From assembly GCF_006345805.1 (NCBI RefSeq), contig NC_043011.1, positions 12,226,464-12,290,463 of the forward strand: a DNA stretch of 64,000 nucleotides, in the 5' to 3' direction. The first letter of the stretch is position 1. Each line of letters starts with the position of its first letter. A program made the translations under genes and the position numbers. The stretch comes from Octopus sinensis. Lineage: Eukaryota. The notes under the pieces were generated by a model. That model was given only the letters and a program-made list of their open reading frames with translations, did no database searches and was not told the origin of the DNA. Positions 23,318 to 37,920 of this stretch are shown here, piece after piece.

Positions 23318-23819
23318 TATATATGTATACCGATTGTAAAAACCAAATCCGAAAGAAGCACACTCTAAGATGTAGAGCAGTACATATACATACATATATA
23401 TAAACGCACACACACACACACACACATATACACATACACATAAATATTCTCTCTTCTATCTTTTCTCTTTTCAAAAAAAATTGTTTCTCGCACTGTTCAC
23501 TATTTCCTTCTCATTCTGGTCTAACAACCCTCCATGTTTGTTTTCATTCAGTTTCTACTGTCATGTCTCCATTGTCATGTTTTTGTTCCCAACTTTAACA
23601 CTCCATAAATCTGAAATTTTATTTTAGAATTTATGGGGGCAACTGTCTCTGGAGTCTCATATTGTCATTGAATGCTCAAAATGAAGAGTAGATAGAAAGC
23701 CAACAACTGATGAAGGGTCCTTTCTCTCTGTCTACTTGTCCTGTTTTACATTTTTTTCTCGTTGTTTATGTATTTTATGTTATTTCCACTGTTGGTGACG
23801 TCCTGTACCACTATATGCA

Positions 23820-23869
<50 letters not shown>

Positions 23870-24034
23870 CATATTATTTATTATTTGATTGAATGTGACA
23901 TCCATTTCCAAGTTAGTTTATATGCATATATATATAAATATACATATATATATGTAGATATACATACATACATACACACACACACACATATATATATATG
24001 CATACATACATACATACATACATACATACATACA

Positions 24035-24069
<35 letters not shown>

Positions 24070-24085
24070 GTGTGTGTGTGTGTGT
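22372..24085. repeat. Cluster of TA/TATG/CA microsatellite tracts interleaved with retroposon remnants
   Basis: Tracts at about 22372-22715, 23080-23440 and 23820-24085. Confidence 0.9.
22716..23075 (-). mobile_element. Internally deleted RTE remnant (3' UTR joined to an ORF piece)
   Basis: Tail consensus joined to [20 protein letters not shown]. Confidence 0.65.
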
Positions 24086-24167
24086 ATAATACTTTGCATG
24101 TACCACATCCTTGTGTTTTTGTTTTTTCTTGTTTTTTTCTCCATTTTGGGGGATTAATTATATATAT

Positions 24168-25775
24168 ATCATCATCATCATCATCGTTTAACGTCCGCTT
24201 TCCATGCTAGCATAGGTTGGACGATTTGACTGATGACTGGCGAACCAGAAGGCTGCACCAGGCTCCAATCTGATCTGGCAAGGTTTCTACAGCTGGATGC
24301 CCTTCCTCATACCAACCACTGTGTAGGTGTTTTTATGTTTTTAGTAGGTGTAGTAGTGTAGTAGGTGTTTTTATGTGCCACTGGCACGAGGGCCAGTCAG
24401 GCGGTACTGGCAACAGCCATGCTCAAATGGTGTTTTTTACATACCACCTGCACAGGAGCCAGTCCAGCGGCACTGGCAACAACCTCGTTCGAATGTTTTT
24501 TCCCATGCCACCAGCACAAGTGCCAGTAAGGCGATGCAGGTAATGATCATGTTTGAACGCTGCTTTTTATGTGCCACCAGTATGGAAGCCAGTTTGTTAC
24601 TCTGGCAATGATCATGCTCCACTAGCACGGATGCCAGTCATTGAATTTCATTTCGATTTCAATTTTACTTGCCTCAACAGGTCTTCGCAAGCAGAGTTTT
24701 AGTGTCCAATGAAGGAAAGGTACACCTAAGTGGGCTGGTTACACCCTTGGTCTCACTTGGCTTGCCGAGTCTTCTCAAGCATAGCATATTTCCAAAGGTC
24801 CTGATCACTAGTCATTGCCAATGTTCGAAGGTCATGTTTCACCACCTCATCCCAGGTTTTCCTGGGTCTACTTCTTCCACAGATCCCCTCAACTGTTTGG
24901 GTGTGGCACTTTTTCACACAGCTATCCACATCCATTCTTGCCACATGGCCATACCAGTGCAGTTGTCTCTCTTGCACACCACATCTGATGCTTCCTAGGT
25001 CCAACTTTTCTCTTAAGGTACTTACACTCTGTCGAGTATGCACACTGACATTACACATCCATTACACATTGTGTGCTTATGCATGTCCTCAGCCGTCACA
25101 GTCCATGTTTCACTGCCATGTATCATGGCTATTCGTACACAGTCTACCTTTTACTCTGAGCGAGAGGCCCTTTGTCAACAGCAGAGGTAAGAGCTCTCTG
25201 AACTTTGCCCAGGCTATTCTTATTCTAGCAGCTACACTTTCAGCACACCCTGCCCCGTTACTGACTTGGTCACCTAGGTAACAGAAGCTATCAACTACTT
25301 CTAGTTTTTCTCCCTGGAATGTGGCGGAAGTTGTTCTGTGCACATTTTCAGTGTTTATTGCTCCTGAGCATCTGCCACATACAAAAACTATCTTCCCAGT
25401 TAGCCTTCCTTTGATATTGCTGCACCTCTTATGTGTACACTGGGTACATCTTATAATTTCTACCTACACCTTTTCTACAGATTGAGCAGGGCCAACTACC
25501 TGAAAGGATTTGTGGTTTGCCTGCCTACCTACTTATTAGGACTTTGGTTTTAGCTAGGTTGACTCTAAGGCCCTTCGATTCTAATCCTTGTTTCTACACT
25601 TGAAACTTCTCCTCTAGTTCTGATAGTGACTCAGCAATTAGTGCAAGGTCGTCAGCAGAGAGGAGCTCTCAGGGGCATCCTGTCCTGAATTCCTCTTTTA
25701 TTGCCTGGAAGACTATGATAAATAGGACGGAGCTGAGGACTGAACCTTGGTGGACCCCTACTTTTACCCTGAATT
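24168..25775 (-). mobile_element. 5'-truncated RTE-clade LINE with full 3' UTR and (GAT)n tail
   Basis: [73 protein letters not shown]; stop at 24755-24753. Confidence 0.9.
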
Positions 25776-25863
25776 CACATATATATATATATATATATAT
25801 GTATGTATATAAATATATATGTGTGTGTGTGTGTGTGTGTCTATATATATATATAAATATATA

Positions 25864-25895
<32 letters not shown>

Positions 25896-26087
25896 CACAT
25901 ATATATATGTATGTGTCTGAATATATATATATATGTATGTATGTATATATATATGTATACATGCATACATACACCATACACACACACTCATATATGTATG
26001 TATATAAATATATATATGTGTGTGTGTGTGTGTGTATATATATAAATATATATGTGTGTGTGTGTGTGTGCATATATATATATATAT

Positions 26088-26138
<51 letters not shown>

Positions 26139-26190
26139 CATGTATATATATATATGTATACATGCGTACATACACACTCACACACATATA
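25776..26190. repeat. TA/TG/CA compound microsatellite at the 5' truncation point of the RTE LINE
   Basis: Direct reading. Confidence 0.9.
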
Positions 26191-26599
26191 TCAAAATGTT
26201 ATCAATAATGTTGCCATTATTTTTTATTATGGAATGTTGTAGCATAAAGTTAAGCTATTTCAACATTCAACACACCTTTGAATAGTTTTATTTCAATTAC
26301 CAGAAATAAACTCTATTACCTATCACATTTTCAATGACCAATCAAATTAATAAAGACACACAAGATATGTTGAGCACATTTACAAAGTGTATCATGAAAA
26401 CTTATATCGTTTATTTATTGATTACTTCATTCTTGAGGATCTCTAGTTTTCAAATATTTGCCTTCTTTTCTTTTTTAGTAGTTCTACTAGTTGTTCCGAA
26501 CAATGGACTTGTTTTCAATCTGAAAATTCTTTGCAAGGAACAGCAGGACTTTTAGCAGATTAAGTAATGATGTCAAAAAAAAAACTGGTCAATAAAATT

Positions 26600-26791
26600 C
26601 TCTCTTTTACTCTTTTACTTGTTTCAGTCATTTCACCGCTTTTTGTCGAGCAAATCGACCCCGGGACTTATTCTTTGTAAGCCCAGTACTTATTCTATCG
26701 GCCTCTTTTGCCGAATCGCTAAGTGACGGGGACGTAAACAAACCAGCGTCGGTTGTCAAGCAATGCTAGGGGGACAAACACAGACACACAA

Positions 26792-26822
<31 letters not shown>

Positions 26823-26994
26823 CGTATATACGACAGGCTTCTTTCACTTTCCGTCTACCAAATCCACTCACAAGGCATTGGTCGGCCCGGGGCTATAGCA
26901 GAGGACACTTGCCCAAGATGCCACGCAGTGGGACTGAACCCGGAACCATGTGGTTGGTTAGCAAGCTACTTACCACACAGCCACTCCTGTATAT
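26600..26994 (-). mobile_element. tRNA-derived SINE family A
   Basis: Head gtggctgtgtggtaagtagcttg..ggttccgggttcagtccc (A/B-box-like), central (TA)/(TG) tract, (AAAAGAGT)n tail. Confidence 0.85.
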
Positions 26995-27373
26995 GTAAAT
27001 ATTCTAAATTTTTTAGTGGCAACATAACCACATATGTTCTGGGGCTTATAAAAAGGGACAAGGTTTATTGAGGCAGGCAGAAAGTGCAAAAGACAGGAGT
27101 GAACAACTGATAGGCGGACAGCCACAGCCAAGGAGTAACAAGACAAGAGAGGAAAGAGAAAATTCCTGCCAACTGCAACATAAGCAACTCAACCCCTATT
27201 TGCATAAGGTTAAATTATGGCTGTTAGTACTCGTATTCATTCCCTAGCCCTCTTTCTATATTTCTCTCTCATCTACATACAACCACAAAAACTGCCTGAC
27301 CAAAGCACTTCTATGAATAGAATTTTTTTGATGTTACTCTGTTGTATGTAGGAGTCAAGGAAGGCCAGTGGAC

Positions 27374-27578
27374 TTACTAACCAACCACATGGTTTCGGGT
27401 TCAGTCCCACTGCGTGGCATCTTGGGCAAGTGTCTTCTGCTATAGCCCCGGGCCGACCAATGCCTTGTGAGTGGATTTGGTAGACGGAAACTGAAAGAAG
27501 CCTGTCGTATATATGTATATGTATATATATGTGTGCGTGTTTGTGTGTCTGTGTTTGTCCCCCTAGCATTGCTTGACA
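27374..27578 (+). mobile_element. SINE family A, truncated
   Basis: Head to ccctagcattgcttgaca. Confidence 0.8.
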
Positions 27579-28547
27579 TTGTTTGTTTTCTTTGGACCAC
27601 CTCCTCCCAATTCAAGCATTTAACAATAAACAAATGATGAATTGAATGATAACCTTTTTTTATTCATCCAATTTTCTTCATTCATACCTTTCATCATATG
27701 ATGACCTCCAAGGAACAAACAAATTATGCAGCCCTGTTTCTAACATGCAAAACATGATGCAGTTAAAATATGCAACCGGTGTTGCATATAAAGTGTTTAA
27801 ACTGGTAATCCACCATGAACAGCTATGCAGCCATTTTATGCATCTGCAAGTACACAGTATGAACTTTGTGATATGATAGCCAATGCTGTATGATGTGAAT
27901 ATTAAGAAAATATGCAACCTGACATTGCCAAGCCTTTATTTTATTTGTAAGCCCTTTCAAATATGTTACTTGAAAACTCCTTTTACTAAAATGATTTTAC
28001 CATGCAGAATAAAAAAAATGGATAACAATATGTTTTTAGTGCATATTCTTGATTCTCTTTTGTGACTGCTATGTTTAGCATTGAATATTTCCATTCTTTT
28101 CTCATTTGTTTGCATTACATGTCTTTATTTTGTATTTTCACTTTTTGTTTTGTTTATGCATGGACCCACTTTAATTTCATTGTAAACGTAAATACTCTTA
28201 CTTGCACTCACCAACAAGTTTTCTTAACCTTTTTGTGCATTAGATTTTGTATGTACTCACCTGCATATTTCAAAGGCATTGACAAAACAATAGCTAGTTT
28301 TGCATTCAGTTCTGTTGACAGAAGTTTTTTTCCCTGCAAACTTCATATCAACCAAACCTTACAGTGTAGCAATGCTCAACTTCCTGTGTTTTACCTTCTA
28401 CACAAACATCATTCAAAAAACCTGCAAACCTGATGTTTGACTCTTCTGGAAACACACTTTCATGGTCTTCAATTCTCTTCTGTCATTTATCCACCACCAA
28501 TAATGTACTCATACCACACTTTGTTCTCTTACCTTACAACCCATTTT

Positions 28548-28903
28548 TGCACTTGAATGTTGCCAGAGTGGCCATCTGGCCTCCGTGCCGGTGGCATGTA
28601 AAAAGCACCATTCGAGCGTGATCGTTGCCAGCATCGCCTTACTGGCACCCGTGCCGGTGGCATGTGTAAAAGATTCTAGCGATGTCGTTGCCAGTCCCGC
28701 CTGACTGGCCCCATGCTGGTGGCACATAAAAGCACCCACTACATTCTCGGAGTGGTTGGCGTTAGGAAGGGCATCCAGCTGTAGAAACTCTGCCAGATCA
28801 AGATTGAAGCCTGGTGCAGCCATCTAGTTCACCAGCCCTCACTCATATGTCCAACCCATGCTAGCAAGGAAAGCGGACGTTAAATGATGATGATGATGAT
28901 GAT
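28548..28903 (+). mobile_element. RTE 3'-UTR-derived copy
   Basis: Ends gcggacgttaaatgatgatgatgatg. Confidence 0.8.
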
Positions 28904-29056
28904 GTTTCCATCATCTTAGCACTCAACTTATTTCCTATTTTGGCTTAAACAATGTTGCAACATACAATGCATACATCCATTCAATACCACACATGCACCA
29001 AGTATTTGTGTTCTCAGTAATTGTTTCCAGACTGTGTAAAACCTTAATACACAATT

Positions 29057-29358
29057 GTTTGTTCCTTCTTGAGCCATGCCTGGCTCATAAGGGCTGGTTT
29101 CCCAGTTTCTTGGCGTATAGGTTCCCCACCTGGACGGGATGCCAGTCCGTCGCAGGTGAGCTGCAAGATGCAGGAGGAACGAGTGAGAGAAAGTTGTGGT
29201 GAAAGAGTCAGCAGAAGTTTCGCCATTACCTTCTGCCGGAGCCGCGTGGAGCTTAGGTGTTTCGCTCATAAACATACACATCGCCCGGTCTGAGATTCGA
29301 ACCTGTGATCTCTTGACCGCGAGTCTGCTGCTCTAACCACTAGGCCATGTGCCTCCAC
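29057..29358 (-). mobile_element. SINE family C, alternative-tail subfamily
   Basis: 13-bp TSD TTAATACACAATT (29044-56, 29359-71). Confidence 0.9.
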
Positions 29359-30492
29359 TTAATACACAATTCCCAACATAGTTTCTATCAGCTGCTGCAC
29401 CTAGCTTCACTTTTCATCTGCTACATATCTTAACTTGACCAGAACTCTTAGCACTGCCTGCCATATTCTCCTGGAATTTTCAATAAGAAACACACTATAC
29501 TTTCTGTGCTCTTTCTTTCAATTGTTTACCTTCTCTCTATATAACCTCACTTGGATAATGTGTGTTTGAGTATTATTTTCTCCACTTTGTTTTACACCAG
29601 TGTACTTACACATCTACTCTTTTACTCTTTTATTGAGGCTATAGAAAATACCAAATCTGAAACCATGTAGTAGGTAAGGAAACTTCTGAATCATACAGAA
29701 GCCTGTTACTCTGGACTCCACAGACAAGTCAGAATGAGCCCATATATCTGTCTATCAATCAATTGATTGATAGAAAGAGAGACACAGAAAGAGAGAGAGA
29801 GAGAGAGAAGAATAACGAGCCAAGATAAAATATTTTAGGCTTTTATTATCATTCTACAAAATGTGTGTAGCTAAAAAAAAGCAAAAAAAAAATTGATAAA
29901 CTTTGGTCTGAAACTGTTCATAAATATTTTGAATTTCATATCTATAGGTTAACTGTAGCAATTAATACCTTTTATAGATTTTAAACCAAAATTGTTCACA
30001 AAAGTATTTCTTATTCTCAATGTTTTAGAATATCTGTTACATATGATGAAAAGAAAGAAAAAAAAACTTCAAAAAATGGGATAAATACAGATGGCCAGCA
30101 AAATGACTAAGCAAAGAATTACTAAGAACAATTGTTAGGAATGTCATTTATCATTGAAGTGACTGAAAATTTTCCACATTCACACATAATGGCTATTAGC
30201 ATGTGTTTGTGTGTGTGTACAAATGTACACACACACACACACACACACACAAATAGGGCTATTGATAAACTAATGTACATATACATACATGCAAATTTGT
30301 GTGTGGGGGTGTTGTTGAAAGAGTAATCCTTCCTAAGAGAGAGAGCTGCACTGATTGCGGTTATTATTAATCTCAGTTTTAATTAATTAATCATTTAGTT
30401 ATAAATATTAAAATATTCTGTCATACTTTGTCACTGATCTCTATACAATACATACACATGCATACATTCACACACATATGTCTATGTGTGCC

Positions 30493-30525
<33 letters not shown>

Positions 30526-30857
30526 GTGAATGTGTGTCCCCACATACATACAAAAATGTGCGCATGTATATTCAAGTATGTATGTAATTGAAAGTCAATA
30601 GTTTGATGTTGATTTGTTCACACTTTCTAAGAAATCATCAGGCAATTGATAGAGAAGATGTAATTTGGAGACCTAAAGTAAGCATTAAGGATTGAGAGGC
30701 TGAGTTTTAAATGCCTTTCATATTTTAGATGCTTATGCCTCTATTTCACTTAATGCCAAGTGAAATAAATGTGAGAGAGTGGATCTCACTGTTAGGGAGT
30801 AAAGGTATTTAGTGTATTGAACTGAACAGCTGCCACTCACTGTGAAAGTAATGCTTA

Positions 30858-31236
30858 CACTCTTTTACTTGTTTCAGTCATTTGACTGTGGCCATGCTGG
30901 AGCACCACCGACCCCCAGGACTTATTCTTTGGAAGCCTAGTACTTATTCTATCAGTCTCTTTTGCCGAACCGCTAAGTTACGGGGACGTAAACACACCAG
31001 CATCAGTTGTCAAGTGATGTTTGGAGGACAAACGCAGACACACAAACATACACACACATATATATATACATATATACGACGTGCTTCTTTCAGTTTCCAT
31101 CTACCAAATCTACTCACAAGGCTCTGGTCGGCCCGAGGCTATAGTAGAAGACACTTGCCCAAGGTGCCACGCAGTGGGACTGAACCCGGGACCATGCGGT
31201 TGGTAAGCAAGCTACTTACCACACAGCCACTCCTAC
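30858..31236 (-). mobile_element. SINE family A
   Basis: Consensus match. Confidence 0.85.
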
Positions 31237-31749
31237 ACTGTAAATATATAAAAAAGAAACATCTCTTCTCCACATATCTCTGGTGAAATATTACAAAATA
31301 GGAATGCTGGAAATCAAACTGATTAACAAACATTAACATGTGTATTTATCCGACTGTATGCATTAGAACATATAAGAACCATACCATACACTTACACATG
31401 CACACACACACACAAAATATACAATATATATGTATTATGACCATCCTAAAATATATATATATGTATATATATGTATATATAATGATAATTGATTAAGTAA
31501 CAAGAAGATGGATTTGGTATTAGTCTTTATTTTGTTCAACGATCGTCTTGACCCTTCCTGTTACTGTCCCCTTATGGATGGGACTCTGTGCATCATGTTG
31601 TGTTGCATCTATTTTGCAGTTTGGGTCACATCAGCTACATTCATCTTCTGGTTACTCAATCAGATGACACCAGGGAGCCCAAACTATGCCAGAACTTTAC
31701 TCAACACATTAACACACTAATTGACATATACCTATTAGTCCAAAATATT

Positions 31750-31848
31750 ACATATATATATGTATATATAAAATATATATATTATGATATGTATAAATAT
31801 ATGTATATATATATAAATATATATATGATATATATAAATATATATACG

Positions 31849-31895
<47 letters not shown>

Positions 31896-31914
31896 ATATA
31901 TAAATATATATACG

Positions 31915-31971
<57 letters not shown>

Positions 31972-32000
31972 TATGATATATATAAATATATATTCGATAA

Positions 32001-32031
<31 letters not shown>

Positions 32032-32070
32032 AATGTATATATATACACACACAATATACAATATATATAT
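31750..32070. repeat. (TA)n tract with a repeated atatgatatatataaatatat motif
   Basis: Direct reading. Confidence 0.9.
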
Positions 32071-32670
32071 AATGTATTATATTTTATTTTACATGCAACA
32101 TTTCTACTGGATACTCATCAACTGTCAATTGAAGATCATTATGATTTTGACAACAGTCTATACTCTGTATATCATAAAACACACACACACACACATATAC
32201 ACACACATAGTGTGTTGAGGAAAAGAATACTGATATGTGAATAATATGGATTTCAAATTTTGGCATAAGGTCAGCAATTTCGGGTTGGGGATGGGGAGGG
32301 GGGTATATGTCGATAACACTGACCCCCAGTGCTCAACTGGTACTTGTTTTACCAACCCCCAAAGGATGGAAGGCAAAGTCAACCTTGGCAGATTTTGAAT
32401 TCAGAACACAAGGATGGATGAAATGTCACAACTCTGCCAGCTCACTGCTTTGCATATATATGTGAATAACATGACAAAGATATAAACATAGAGTAAAGAC
32501 TTCTACATCATTGATTTCATATGAAAATTGACCATTTTCTCCATAACTTTCTCACCAAAACAGCAATTTTTACACTCTTGAAATAAGGGGAAAATGGTCA
32601 ATTTTAAATAAATAATTATTTATACATACATACATACAAATAAACATACACACAAACATACATATATATA

Positions 32671-32891
32671 TTCTTTTGTTCTTTTATTCTTTTATTTGCT
32701 TCAGTCATTTGACTGCAGCCATGCTGGAGCACCGCCTTTAGTCGAGCAAATCGACCCCAGGACTTATTCTTTGTAAGCCTAGTACTTATTCTATCGGTCT
32801 CTCTTGCCGAACCGCTGAGTGATGGGGTCATAAACACACCAGCATCAGTTGTCAATCGATTTTAGGGGAACAAACGCACAAATATATACAC

Positions 32892-32937
<46 letters not shown>

Positions 32938-33100
32938 CGGACTTCTTTCAGTTTCCATCTACCAAATCCACTCACAAGGCTTTGATTAGCCCAAGGCTGT
33001 AGTAGAAGACACTTGCCCAAGGTGCCACGCAGTGGGACTGAACCCAGAACCATGTGGTTGGTAAGCAAGCTACTTACCACACAGCCACTCCTGCGCCTAT
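32671..33100 (-). mobile_element. SINE family A
   Basis: Consensus match. Confidence 0.85.
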
Positions 33101-33611
33101 GTGTAAATATATCACACACACACGCTCTCTCTCTCTCTCTCTCATGCACACACACATGCATTAATAAATTAATTCGTGTTTTTATCTATAAATCATACAT
33201 AAAACATGAACTGAAAGAGCATTCAATACATTTTAAATAGAATTTTATTTTGCATTATAATTTCTTGTCATGCCTTTGATATCTCATTCCATATTTCCAT
33301 CTTTAGACTATATTCTCAAAATAGTTTTATCCAGAGCCTAATGAAATTGTAGGTCTTTGAAAGAAGGATTTAAGTGGATTTGGGTTTGTATTTATTTGGT
33401 GTTTCTGAATGTTTAAAAGTCCAAGATGAAATCACAATTTGTTCTTCAATAATATGTTCGATAAGCAACATAACTGATATTTGTAAGCAGCTTCATTACA
33501 TTTTAGTTCTTACAAAATGAAAATGTTTTATTAGATTTTAGTAATCTTCCTTTCTTATATGCATAAAACTTTAACATCCACGACTGTGACTTGTGTTACA
33601 AATTATATTTA

Positions 33612-33830
<219 letters not shown>

Positions 33831-35619
33831 ATGAACAGGAGATTAGAAATATCTAATAATATACAATATATATATACATAATTACAGATTACATGAATTA
33901 CTGATTACAAATGAAACTAAATCCATTGATGCAGATTCTAAAAGAAAAAATGTCACATCCGTAGTTTTAGTGCTATCATTGAAGTATATTTTATAGGTGT
34001 TAGTCATAGTCAATTATCATCATCAACAGAACGTCAGCATTTCATTATATTATATTCTCATTATTTTGAGAGAAAATAAGCTTATTTTCTCTCAAAATAA
34101 ATTATTCTAATCTAATTCATCAATTATTATTTCATGCAAAGCAATTACTAGAATGCTAATAGATAACTATTAGTTCACATTAAAGTTATTTGCAATAAAG
34201 TTTAATGTTTAATGGGGACATTTTTTTTTACTGTTTTACATTCATTTGTTATGCTAACATACATGTAATGCTAACCACTGCTGGACATTTACAAATCATT
34301 GGAACAGTTGTGAAGAGAGCATAGAACCTGCAATAAGGTAAGACAATGTACCCTTGCTCAGAGGTACAGGGCAGTGACTGGAAAGTTTAGACTCTTAAAC
34401 ACATGGTGACTATTTCACTATTCATTATATCTTAAAGCAGAACAGATTAACCTATAACATGACTTATACAACAATATTGAGTACTTACATTTTTTAATAG
34501 TATTCTGGTTATTGCTTTGTTGTCAATGCCAAATTAAAGGTATTATGGTAGATTTAAGCAGTGCAGTTTCTTGTAGCCTATTTGAGCTTTCAGAAAAGAT
34601 TCAAAATAACCAAGAATTTTTTTTTATTATAAACAGATTTTGTGTACATGTGTGTGTGTGTTTATGAATATAACAGACATATTAAATTAAAGGTTATGAA
34701 AATATTTAACACCAATAAATGTTTTTGTAAGCATATACATATGAATATATATTGTTATTTCAATAGCAACCTCATGTATAGTAAGCTATCATATGTATAC
34801 ACCTTATATACATATGTTACATTCTCACACACACACAAACATATGCACAAGTACAAACAACACAAATACTTATTCACAAACACATACATGCAAAATCTAA
34901 ATGGTTTTGCTTACTAAGTGTTAAGTACTTTGCTTGCTTGAATTATTCTTTGCTTCGCAATTTAACTGGTTTTTAATAAAAAATAAATTGCATGTTGTAA
35001 AATAAAATAGGGTATAGGCTCTATCTGGGGATACTTTATGAATCAGCCTAATTACAATAGTGAAGTGATTAAGGACATAAAATCTCTGATTCAGAGGAAA
35101 TTAATAGCTACAGAATCCTTGTTGTTTAACAAGGAGTTGAATGTAAGAGCTGCCTTTATATTGCTCAACAGTATACTTTCAAATATGCCATTGATGTATT
35201 TGAAAGTATAAAATCGAATTCAAAATAAATATTGAATAAATAGTGGGTTTTTTTTGTTGTATTTGAGGCAGTTTTTTTTGTTTCCATAGTGGAACAACAG
35301 AAAAGTAAAGAATTGTCTACACATGCTAACAACATAAAAAATTGTTTACAGATGTTAAACAACATAAAGGCAAAAAATTGTCTACAAATGTTAACCTCAG
35401 AGTTTCCTAATAAAACACAGTAAGCCAAATGTCTTTTATTTTCTGTTTACATCAACAGCATTAAAATATTATTATCTCCGCTTGTTAACAAAATTTCAAG
35501 ATAATTTTGAAGGTGTAAATTACCGTCAGCCAATAATCTTTACAAAGTAATATAATATCATGAGAGGGAGCATAGAAATTTAACACAAGTTGGGGAGATG
35601 GATAGAAAGGTTGGTAGAT

Positions 35620-35674
<55 letters not shown>

Positions 35675-36384
35675 TTAGAGAGAAAAAAATAAGGGAAGAA
35701 GTAGACAAACACTAAAAAATAAAACACGAAAAGGATAGTTGCATTGTTAATAAACAAAAACAATTCAAGTAACCAATCACAGCCATCTTCAAAATTACCC
35801 CCAAAATGGGATTTACAAAATGTTTAAGTGCAGTAACCCTTTTTTCTTTTAACATACACACACACACACATACACGTGCACAAACACATGCACACACACA
35901 CACAAACAAGCGTGCACACACACACAAATATATATATTAAAAAGACAAAAAGAAGAAAATGCTATGCAAACTTTTTCATGAATAAAAACTAAGAAAATAT
36001 TTAAATCATTATCAAAATAAACTGGTTTCAATTGTTTTTAAAACAATTTTGTCAAGTTGCAAGAAAAGAGAAAATAAAATGAATCAAATTAAATTAATCT
36101 TTAAATCTTTAAACCAGTCCTGGAAGTTTGCAGGTCTTCCTCACAAAATTTCACATGATGCTGATGAATTTTGTAAAGAAAACAATGAAATTCCAGAACT
36201 AATTAAACTAATTTATTTCAATATGTTTCCCTTCTCTTTAAAAAAAAAAAAAAAAATTGAAACCAGCAGCAAATTTTGATAAAAATGGGAATGTTTTCTT
36301 TCTTTTATTCACAATTATGTTCTGAAAGTATTTTCTTTTTATTTTTAATATAAATTTACTTGTATGAAACCTTTTAATCTTTCA

Positions 36385-36680
<296 letters not shown>

Positions 36681-37770
36681 TGTCTGTGTGCATATTTGTA
36701 TTTTAGTAGTCAGGCTTTTAGCAAGTGCGTATTGAGGAGCACTAACATTTTTACATATAAAATCATAAATACACACATTCACACACATGCAAATGTGTAC
36801 ACACACACACACGCACACACACACACACACATATATATCTTTAACATTTTGATTAACCTTGTAGGAGAAATCTTTACTACAAATAATATGTTTTAACAAT
36901 GTTGATAAATACATTTGAAAATCATTCTAAACAACAAAGTATGCAAATTAAAATGAATCTAGACACAATTTAAAAGAGGTTCAGGAAGAAAATTATGGGT
37001 GTATTTTCAAAATGCATTTACAATAATTATATTTACAGAATAAACTGAAAACTACACCTCTTCCTGTAAAATCTCAATTTTAAGCCTTATCTTTAGTATC
37101 CTGTTCACAAAGGATTTTGATTCTTTACTTCAGTCTGCATTAGAATGTATATTTTTTTATATCAAAACCATTGTGAGACAAATATGTTACAACATGTTGG
37201 GTTTGTTTTTTTAAAAATGTTTTTAACATTTCCAAGCACAACCATGAAAAAGCATAAGCTTGAAAGTGTTACTAGAAATTTTGAATTGCAATAAAGTAAT
37301 ACATACATTGGTTAATTAAATAAAGTTTCCTTTTTTTTTAACATTTAAAATTTGAGTATTTAACATTTTTATAATGATACTGGTTGTTGGAGTTTGGTCC
37401 CTATTCCAAAGTATTTACTTAGAAAGGAAACAAAAAGAATAAAAGATGAGCCTGTTAATATACCATTAAGCTAAGTACTAAGAAAAACAAGAAATCACAG
37501 ATATTTTGAAATTTGTGTTGTTTAGGAAGGGGAAGACTGAAATAGGAACATCTCACATAATGTAGCTGAAGATGTAGCGAGAATATTCTAGAATTGGGGA
37601 TAATCTGGAGATAAACAAGAGAGAGAGAAAATCAAATGAGAGATTTTGTTAATTCTGTTTAACATTATCAGCATCTTTAGTACAAATCAACACTTCCAAA
37701 TAGATAAGAAAATCAAAATTTTCCAGTGTGATAAATTTGCCACAGAAAGAAGTTTTTTTCTAATTATTTA

Positions 37771-37920
37771 GCAGTGAACAAATCTATGTTAGCATTCTGA
37801 TTTTTGTGAACAGAGCCATGTTAGTGTTCAACACTACTGATTGTGTGTGACAGCAGTGAACAGTCAGATTAGTGTTCAGCACTACTGTGTGTAACAGTAA
37901 TGAACATCATGTTAGTGTTC
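37771..37920. repeat. Four degenerate tandem units, each a TGAACA...TGTTCA mini-hairpin, just after the PDE4 stop codon
   Basis: tgaaca at 37775, 37807, 37857, 37901, each followed by a shared ttag motif and then tgttc (cattc in the first unit). Confidence 0.75.

Noticed and set aside
23700-23740. CTGATGA/CTGAAGA/CTGAGGA hits at 16555, 17829, 23707, 24230, 30696(-), 36161, 45746 and 51193
   Set aside because: No correctly placed GAAA, GUH triplet and stem I pairing; several lie in LINE or transposase coding remnants
26753-27071. Recurrent ORFs MLGGQTQTHKH..., MSSNARGTNTD..., MAKLLLTLSPQLSL... at many loci
   Set aside because: Read-through of SINE A and SINE C copies; recurrence reflects the repeat, not a gene family
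27205-27216. Octamer motif ATTTGCAT suggesting an snRNA promoter
   Set aside because: Single 8-mer with no PSE or snRNA-like sequence downstream
30700-30815. Two short plus-strand exon-like segments (AIDREDVIWRPK; MLMPLFHL...) and similar ones at 19871-19906 and 20093-20123
   Set aside because: No recognisable protein, a 52-nt intron or phase mismatch; consistent with chance splice-like motifs
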